A DNA stretch of 64,000 nucleotides, taken from a virus. The notes beneath the pieces are model-generated. The model was not told the origin of the DNA. It saw nothing but the letters and a program-made list of their open reading frames with translations, and searched no databases. Where the stretch lies: positions 74,458-138,457 of the IMG/VR virus record IMGVR_UViG_3300022752_003639. The stretch is one strand, 5' to 3'. Positions 1 through 5,974 of this stretch are shown here, one piece after another. The translations under genes were made by a program, and so were the position numbers. Each line of letters begins with the position of its first letter. The stretch's first letter is position 1.

Positions 1-2517
1 GAAGTGGAAATGGCGCAGAGTGATACATACCAGTTGGCCAAACAGGCTGCAGAACTACATAAAATTCTAATGCGTGCCAGTGAAGAGCAGGGTCTAGAAG
101 GTTGGCAACAGGCTAAGATCACAAAGGCAGCAGACTATATCAATGCTGTCTACAAAAATCTCAATCACGATGTAGACATGGACGGTCATATTGGTGAGCA
201 AGCTCTATCAGAATTAGAAAAACCCAGCGGAACACTTTATATAATATTATTAAGAGACAGAACAGAATCTGTTCGTGTAGTAGGAGACTTTGGGACATTT
301 CCAGCAGAAGTGCAGGCCCGTGCCAGCAAGGTAGGTATTAAGGATAAAGAAGGTCGCAAAGAGCGTCCTCTAAAAGTTAATTTTCTAATGACTAGTGCCA
401 GCCAGGCTCTAGCAGAATTAGACAAAGCACTAGCAGATGTAGATTTTATCGGCGGAGAAAAGGCCGAGTTCGTATTTAAAAATTCTGCTTTTGAAACAGA
501 CATAGAAGATGAGGTGAGGGAACTAAATGATCTAATTCGAAGTGGTGCGGACGAAAGATTTAAGAACTATGAAGAACCAGAAGTAGGTTCCGAACCAGAG
601 ACCAAACCTAAAGGTGTAGATCATTTTGTTGTTGGTCCAGATGGCAAGCGTCGTCGTGTGCCTATACCAGGAAAGCCAAGTAGTCAAATGGGAGGTCATG
701 CTGTAGAACAACCTAAAACATTTACCTACCAACTTAAGAAAACAGAACTAGGTCCTAAACTACGCTCAATGGGCTTTAAGGTAGATGGTAGTCAAATTGT
801 ATTGAGCAAACAACAGCGTGATCAATTACTGGCAAAAATGGGTGATCAACAGTTCGGACAGATATTCGGCCAGGGTGGTAAGTTCACAGAAGGTGGCTAT
901 GACGATCAGTTTAGCCTCGGAGGCAGACTAGAAAGAGACGACGATTTTCGCAATAGAGAACGCAATGCTGGAGTTGAACATGAAAGAAATAACTACCAGG
1001 TAAGCATAAATGGTAGGCCTTGGAAAGTGTTTGCCGATCAAAGGCAAGCTATGAATATTGCTAGAAGTCTTAAAATGAAAGGCAAAGAAGTAGAAGTTTA
1101 TCCTACAGGAGCTAGGCCCTCAGAAAGCGTGGGAGAGGCAGTGAAGAAACCTAATGCTACTACTCGTCATTTAAGAGATTATCCAGTTAGTGATAAGGAC
1201 GTGGCCAAGCCTGTTAAGAAACCTGAAAAGAAAAAACCAGAGCAAGGTGTGGCGGAAATGGACAAGAGCCAACCCAGCCACGGTCGTGATGGTAAGATTA
1301 GCCACAGCACCTATGGTTCAAGAGATAAAGAAGGTTCTGACTATTTCAAAGGTAAGGAAGTTTCTGTTAAGCCTATTACCGTAAAGAAGATGGAAAAAGA
1401 CGCACTTGATATTCTCAAGAAGCAAGGTGTGGCGGAAGGCTCATTGGAAACTGACAATATGGTATCACATATTAGTCAGGTAATACAAAGCATTTATCCA
1501 CGCGGTGGTGATAAAAATACATATATGAAACTGGTAGCCCGAGAAATGCCACGTATAGTGAAAGCCAATCCTAAACTATTCAGAAGAGCATTCGGTATGG
1601 CATATGATAGATTCTTTCATATAGACCAAGACGACGATCAAGATGACGATTTTGATTATACTGATCATAGTATGCGTAAGGGTGAGCGTGGTATGGCGGA
1701 AGTCAGAGGCAATATTGATGCTGATCAAGCAGGATTTTATGTTGTCGACGAGGACGGAAACGCAGTTTCTGGTCCATTTGCTTCTAAACAAGAAGCATAC
1801 GAACGAGCAGCCGAAATGGGTCGTATGTATGATGTAAAATATAAAGGTGATATAATACCTTTAGATTCGTTAATTAGTAAAATAATAAAGACACTACCAC
1901 CAGATGTAACAAGTGATGATCTTCAGGACCCAATGGATCTTGAGCAACAATTAGAAATACTAAGAAGTCCATTAGTAAAAGTATTTTCTAAATTATCACC
2001 TTACGAACAAGCCGAAGTCACAGACGAAGTAGCGAATTATTTTTATGACAGAAGATTTGGTGATTTAGATGAAGGAAAGATCAAAGGTGTGGACGGTAAA
2101 GCCTGCTGGAAAGGCAAGCGTTATGCTGGCAAGGTCAAGAAAGCAGATGGCACCTACAAAGACAAATGTGTAGAGGATGTAGTAGAAGCACTAGAAGAAG
2201 TTAAAAAAGGTCTTTACTACTATGTGAACAAGCGTAAGAAGGCAGGCACCAGTAGACCAGCCAGCCATCCAGATGCTCCAAGTCCACAAGACTGGAAGAA
2301 CGCTGCCAAGACTGCTAAGAAAGAAGATACCTATTCAGAAAGTCTGTTGAATCAACTGGATGCACTGTTAAATGAAAAGGCACCTCCAGGTGACAAGTAT
2401 GAGCGTATGGTCAAGCATATTAAAAAAGGCTATAGCAAAGACGGCAAAATTACAGACAAAGAACGCAGCATCGCATATGCTACAGCATGGAAGGCTAAAA
2501 ACAAGGCAAAAAAGTAA
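1..2517 (+). CDS. Large modular low-complexity protein, probable head internal/scaffold-like polyprotein (5' end probably outside the window)
   Basis: The frame is open from base 1. It is a string of short K-rich or acidic modules separated by [ILV]xE motifs (QGVAE twice, GMAE, VGE, LDE, VVE, LEE, LNE) that resemble T4 gp21 prohead-protease sites. Confidence 0.6.
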   Translation, partial: EVEMAQSDTYQLAKQAAELHKILMRASEEQGLEGWQQAKITKAADYINAVYKNLNHDVDMDGHIGEQALSELEKPSGTLYIILLRDRTESVRVVGDFGTFPAEVQARASKVGIKDKEGRKERPLKVNFLMTSASQALAELDKALADVDFIGGEKAEFVFKNSAFETDIEDEVRELNDLIRSGADERFKNYEEPEVGSEPETKPKGVDHFVVGPDGKRRRVPIPGKPSSQMGGHAVEQPKTFTYQLKKTELGPKLRSMGFKVDGSQIVLSKQQRDQLLAKMGDQQFGQIFGQGGKFTEGGYDDQFSLGGRLERDDDFRNRERNAGVEHERNNYQVSINGRPWKVFADQRQAMNIARSLKMKGKEVEVYPTGARPSESVGEAVKKPNATTRHLRDYPVSDKDVAKPVKKPEKKKPEQGVAEMDKSQPSHGRDGKISHSTYGSRDKEGSDYFKGKEVSVKPITVKKMEKDALDILKKQGVAEGSLETDNMVSHISQVIQSIYPRGGDKNTYMKLVAREMPRIVKANPKLFRRAFGMAYDRFFHIDQDDDQDDDFDYTDHSMRKGERGMAEVRGNIDADQAGFYVVDEDGNAVSGPFASKQEAYERAAEMGRMYDVKYKGDIIPLDSLISKIIKTLPPDVTSDDLQDPMDLEQQLEILRSPLVKVFSKLSPYEQAEVTDEVANYFYDRRFGDLDEGKIKGVDGKACWKGKRYAGKVKKADGTYKDKCVEDVVEALEEVKKGLYYYVNKRKKAGTSRPASHPDAPSPQDWKNAAKTAKKEDTYSESLLNQLDALLNEKAPPGDKYERMVKHIKKGYSKDGKITDKERSIAYATAWKAKNKAKK
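1241..1437 (+). repeat. Exact 17-bp direct repeat AGCAAGGTGTGGCGGAA (1241-1257 and 1421-1437) flanking an in-frame cassette, with a 180-bp period
   Basis: Read directly from the sequence. Both copies encode QGVAE. A partial third copy (TGGCGGAAG) lies near 1694-1702. Confidence 0.9.
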
Positions 2518-2557
2518 GTGAGCAGGAACCAGAAGATCCGACCACGGATCCTGCTCA
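2508..2557 (+). promoter_or_regulatory. Predicted programmed -1 ribosomal frameshift signal
   Basis: Slippery heptamer A_AAA_AAG at 2508-2514, in frame immediately before the TAA. A stem-loop follows: TGAGCAG 2519-2525 pairs with CTGCTCA 2551-2557, and inner GATCCG pairs with CGGATC around an ACCA loop. An SD-like GGAAGG lies at 2489-2494. Confidence 0.8.
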
Positions 2558-2747
2558 GAAGATAAAACCAGTCGGGCCACAACCTAAACTAACACCTAAC
2601 ATGCCTCTAGATACATGGGTAGATAGATTTAAGAATGAAAAGAATGTGTCCAAATATAAACAGTTTAAAAACAAGAGTCCGGAAAAACGTGAACAAATGG
2701 CCTGGGCTGCTTACTATGACGCACATGAACCAAAAAGGAATGCATAA
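2514..2747 (+). CDS. 77-aa -1-frame C-terminal extension of the head-protein-like ORF (VSEQEPEDPTTDPAQ...QFKNKSPEKREQMAWAAYYDAHEPKRNA)
   Basis: Stop-free -1 frame from the slippery site to TAA at 2745-2747. That stop overlaps the next ATG (TAATG). The extension fills an otherwise empty 230-bp gap. It is not in the ORF track. Confidence 0.8.
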   Translation, partial: VSEQEPEDPTTDPAQKIKPVGPQPKLTPNMPLDTWVDRFKNEKNVSKYKQFKNKSPEKREQMAWAAYYDAHEPKRNA

Positions 2748-3166
2748 TGAGATCATATATTGCCATAGTTGAAGCGTTGAATAAGGGCTGCCCTGTGGCC
2801 ACATATAATCTAGATGTTAATCTAAAAAATCGTCAAAAGGCCATAGATGAATATCATTATGGTCCTGCTAATCCAGATGATGCCGGCGACTACTGGAAGA
2901 AGGCTGCTGCAAGATGGAATATCACAGAAAAAACTGCTAAGACTATGAAGTGTGGAAATTGTGCTGCCTTTGATGTGTCTGATAAAATGCGTAAGTGTAT
3001 GGAAGATGGTATCAAGGGGGACGACAAGGCTGTAGACAGTATGGCCACAATCGAAAAAGCAGATCTAGGTTATTGTAACTTCTTGCACTTCAAATGTGCC
3101 GGAACTAGATCATGCACAGCATGGGTCACAGGCGGGGTAATAGATAACAAAGATAGAACTGAGTGA
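2747..3166 (+). CDS. Cys-rich conserved phage protein, probable metal-binding; possible capsid-targeting leader
   Basis: Motifs CGNC and GYCNFLHFKCAGTRSC. N-terminus MRSYIAIVE|A ends in an [ILV]xE site. Confidence 0.6.
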   Translation: MRSYIAIVEALNKGCPVATYNLDVNLKNRQKAIDEYHYGPANPDDAGDYWKKAAARWNITEKTAKTMKCGNCAAFDVSDKMRKCMEDGIKGDDKAVDSMATIEKADLGYCNFLHFKCAGTRSCTAWVTGGVIDNKDRTE

Positions 3167-3176
3167 TTAATGCACT

Positions 3177-3791
3177 ATGTTTACAATTTTAAACACACAG
3201 TTTGTAAGATATTTAGAAATAAGTAAACCCATAGATGACAATTTATTTACAGAAGAAAATGTTCGCTACTTTGACAATGACGGTTTTCAATTAAGTTTAT
3301 TAGAACAAGAATACTACAAGGCTAATCATGTGCCTGTAGTTAATACCCTAAATCGTGCAGGTGATAGGCCATTATGGATGACCTGCAATCATACATCATT
3401 TTATCTCGACCATAGTATGACTCCCCAGCGTTGGTGCTATGTAGCAGAAGCCAAGGAACAATTAACGCATTATATCAAAAAGTTTCCTAGTTTAATAAAA
3501 TATATAAATCTAAAATCTAAATGGGGATTAGACTTTGCCCTAGAATACTATGATGACACAGAGGCATTAGAAATTCTACACATAGAATTTGACTTTAGAA
3601 ATTACTACCAAGCCGTGCTTATGAAACAAGAACTTGAACAAAAAATATCTAGCACAGACTGGGCAGATTTTAAATCACGATTAATCAACAAAAAATCATA
3701 TTGGGAAAACCTACAGGGCCTTGATCAGAACGACTGGAAAGCCAAATTCTGGGGTTTACCAAAGGCCGAAAAAACCTACAAAGTTATTTGA
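3177..3791 (+). CDS. Hypothetical protein
   Basis: 204-aa ORF that fits operon spacing; no motif recognised. Confidence 0.6.
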   Translation: MFTILNTQFVRYLEISKPIDDNLFTEENVRYFDNDGFQLSLLEQEYYKANHVPVVNTLNRAGDRPLWMTCNHTSFYLDHSMTPQRWCYVAEAKEQLTHYIKKFPSLIKYINLKSKWGLDFALEYYDDTEALEILHIEFDFRNYYQAVLMKQELEQKISSTDWADFKSRLINKKSYWENLQGLDQNDWKAKFWGLPKAEKTYKVI

Positions 3792-3815
3792 CTTTACCTA
3801 TAAAGACTGTATAAT
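3788..3815 (+). promoter_or_regulatory. sigma70-type promoter
   Basis: TTGACT-16 bp-TATAAT, followed by SD AAGGAG and ATG at 3835. Confidence 0.7.
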
Positions 3816-3834
3816 TAAAACACAAGGAGATCGT

Positions 3835-4110
3835 ATGAGTAGAGCATTCGGGGCACCGGAACAAGCAAAAATTAAACAGATTGTAGCAGAGGGGGTTACA
3901 GTTATGCAGGAAATTCAAGACCTTACAGAAGGCCTAAATGATACAATTAAAGCAGTTGCAGAAGAATTAGAAGTTAAACCTGCAATTATAAAAAAGGCTA
4001 TTCGTATCGCCATGAAAGATCAATGGGATCAAGTATTCAGAGAATTTGATGATCTTGAAACTATTGTAGATATCAGCGGACATGCCAATCGAAGAGAAGA
4101 CAATGTTTAA
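3835..4110 (+). CDS. Small helical dsDNA-binding protein, T4 DsbA/GapR-like
   Basis: Start reassigned to ATG 3835 (SD and promoter). The pattern EIQDLTEGLNDTIKAVAEELEVKPAIIKKAIRIA resembles DsbA/DUF2312 proteins. Confidence 0.55.
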   Translation: MSRAFGAPEQAKIKQIVAEGVTVMQEIQDLTEGLNDTIKAVAEELEVKPAIIKKAIRIAMKDQWDQVFREFDDLETIVDISGHANRREDNV

Positions 4111-4207
4111 TTGGATTAAAAAAATTATTGCCGACTATCGTAGGCGTAGGCAAATAAAGAAACGTATAGAAGAGCTTAAAAAGCGAGATCCGTTTATCTA
4201 CAAATGA
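4103..4207 (+). CDS. 34-aa basic peptide (MFNWIKKIIADYRRRRQIKKRIEELKKRDPFIYK)
   Basis: Overlaps the upstream gene, and its TGA overlaps the next ATG (ATGA). Below the ORF-track size cutoff. Confidence 0.6.
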   Translation: MFNWIKKIIADYRRRRQIKKRIEELKKRDPFIYK

Positions 4208-5676
4208 TTATTTGGGGAATAAGTGCTAACAGTCACGATGCTGCCTTGTCTGTGTGGCATGACAAAACAATACAATTTGCTGCTCATAGTGAACGGTATA
4301 GCAAGATTAAAAATGACGGCGATCTACATCCCAAACTTATCGCAGAAGCAAAACAGTATGGCGAGCCAGATCTTGTTGTCTGGTATGAAAATCCTTTACT
4401 AAAAACATTTAGGCAATTTACAGCAGGCCAAGGATGGAACTGGTCTGAGAACAATATAAGACAATATCTTAAACGCTATGACATACACAGTCATGTACAC
4501 ATAGGTTCACATCATCACAGTCACGCCGCTGCCGGTTTTTATACCAGTAAGTTTAATGATGCAACAGTCATCTGTATAGACAGCATCGGTGAATATGAAA
4601 CGCTGACAATTTGGCGAGGTATAGGTAACAATCTCAATAAGTGGTATACGCAGGGTTATCCTCACAGCATAGGTCTTTGGTATAGCGCAATGACTCAAAG
4701 GATAGGCCTCAAGCCCAATGAAGAAGAATATATCCTAATGGGAATGGCAGCATATGGCAACCCAGAAAGATTATATCATGTTATTCTAGAAGATTTTTTT
4801 AAGAGCACAAAGGCTCCTGGAATAAAGTTTAAGAATAATTTGCATAGAGGCTGCAAATGGTGGCGCCCTGATTTAGTTTCCGAACAGGATATGTTCGATA
4901 TAGCAGCGGCTACCCAGGCAGTATACGCTGACCTATTACGATCTATTACACAGTATGCAAGAAAAGTATTACCAAGCAGAAATCTAGTGTTAATGGGCGG
5001 ATGTGCCTTAAACTGTTCTGCCAATAGTCTAATTACTGCCGACTGGGATAATGTATGGATAATGCCTAATCCGGGAGATGCAGGCAGTTCCATAGGTAGT
5101 GTATGCAGTTATTTTCAAGAAAAAATCTCATGGCCAGGTCCATATCTAGGCACAGACATGGGAGGTCCTTATCCTGTTGAGGAAACTATCAATGTTCTTA
5201 GATCTAGAAAAATTGTGGGTATGGCTAATGGTAGAGCCGAGTTTGGGCCTCGTGCCCTTGGACATAGAAGTTTACTGGCGGATCCGAGGGGAAATGATAT
5301 TAAAGATAGTGTGAATGAAATTAAACGCAGACAAAAATTTAGACCGTTTGCACCTGCTATATTAGAAGAACATGCGGCCGATTATTTTATCATGCCCCAA
5401 AATATATCATCCAGTCCTTACATGCAATTTGTAGCAAAATGTAGACATCCTGATCTGTTTCCTGCTATAATTCATGCAGATGGTACAAGTAGAGTTCAAA
5501 CAGTTGGAAAAAATGACAGCCCTGGATTTAGGTCTCTACTAGAAAAATGGTTTGAAGAAACAGGATGTCCTATGTTACTAAACACTAGCCTTAATATAAA
5601 AGGACAACCAATTGTAAATGACGAAATTGATGCGTTAGCATTCGAAGAAAGGTATAATGTTAAAGTTTTTACGTAG
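4204..5676 (+). CDS. Carbamoyltransferase, NodU/CmcH family
   Basis: Motifs SHDAA, HHHSHAA, GGCALN, PGDAG, EFGPRALGHRS, FRPFAP, HADGTSRVQTV and LLNTSLN. Confidence 0.93.
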   Translation: MIIWGISANSHDAALSVWHDKTIQFAAHSERYSKIKNDGDLHPKLIAEAKQYGEPDLVVWYENPLLKTFRQFTAGQGWNWSENNIRQYLKRYDIHSHVHIGSHHHSHAAAGFYTSKFNDATVICIDSIGEYETLTIWRGIGNNLNKWYTQGYPHSIGLWYSAMTQRIGLKPNEEEYILMGMAAYGNPERLYHVILEDFFKSTKAPGIKFKNNLHRGCKWWRPDLVSEQDMFDIAAATQAVYADLLRSITQYARKVLPSRNLVLMGGCALNCSANSLITADWDNVWIMPNPGDAGSSIGSVCSYFQEKISWPGPYLGTDMGGPYPVEETINVLRSRKIVGMANGRAEFGPRALGHRSLLADPRGNDIKDSVNEIKRRQKFRPFAPAILEEHAADYFIMPQNISSSPYMQFVAKCRHPDLFPAIIHADGTSRVQTVGKNDSPGFRSLLEKWFEETGCPMLLNTSLNIKGQPIVNDEIDALAFEERYNVKVFT

Positions 5677-5899
5677 TTTAACATGGCTGTTCTGGTTTGA
5701 GTGGTCTTGCACTATAATTTTATTGGCAGGAGTTATTTTAACTAGTTTTAATATATATCCTACAAATATATGGTTTTTATTAATAGGAAACCTTGGCTGG
5801 ATCGCCCTAGGATATATATGGCGTAAATGGAGTTTAATTATTTTACAAGTTATAATAACACTAATCTATATTGCCGGATTAGTAAAGACTTTACTATAA
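5657..5899 (+). CDS. Small multi-pass membrane protein
   Basis: About three hydrophobic segments in 80 aa. Confidence 0.6.
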   Translation: MLKFLRSLTWLFWFEWSCTIILLAGVILTSFNIYPTNIWFLLIGNLGWIALGYIWRKWSLIILQVIITLIYIAGLVKTLL

Positions 5900-5902
5900 A
5901 TA
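5895..5902 (+). promoter_or_regulatory. T4-type late promoter motif TATAAATA upstream of the DNA polymerase leader
   Basis: Exact T4 gp55 consensus. A gp55 homologue is encoded in the window. Confidence 0.5.
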
Positions 5903-5913
5903 AATTTGAGTAA

Positions 5914-5969
5914 GGTTCGCGAGCCATAAATCGCATAAGTGGTTGTCCAGCCTTAAGTGGAACAAGGAG
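5914..5969 (+). ncRNA. Candidate cis-regulatory RNA: tandem covarying hairpin/H-type pseudoknot in the polymerase 5' UTR
   Basis: Two units, GGTT-C-GCGA-GCCATAAA-TCGC and GGTT-G-TCCA-GCCTTAAG-TGGA, 27 nt apart. The stems show compensatory changes and abut the SD (AAGGAG 5964-5969). Confidence 0.65.
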
Positions 5970-5974
5970 AAATT

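Noticed and set aside
1624-1650. Short imperfect tandem duplication (DQDDDQDDD)
   Set aside because: Ordinary slippage in an acidic linker.
2601-2747. Independent 48-aa gene from ATG 2601
   Set aside because: No SD upstream. The frame is open back to the slippery site, and the frameshift signals explain it better, though this is not excluded.
5914-5962. Calling the polymerase leader a preQ1-I riboswitch
   Set aside because: P1 would be only 2-4 bp, and the ligand-pairing C is not evident. Only the overall layout is similar, so it is reported as an unclassified motif.
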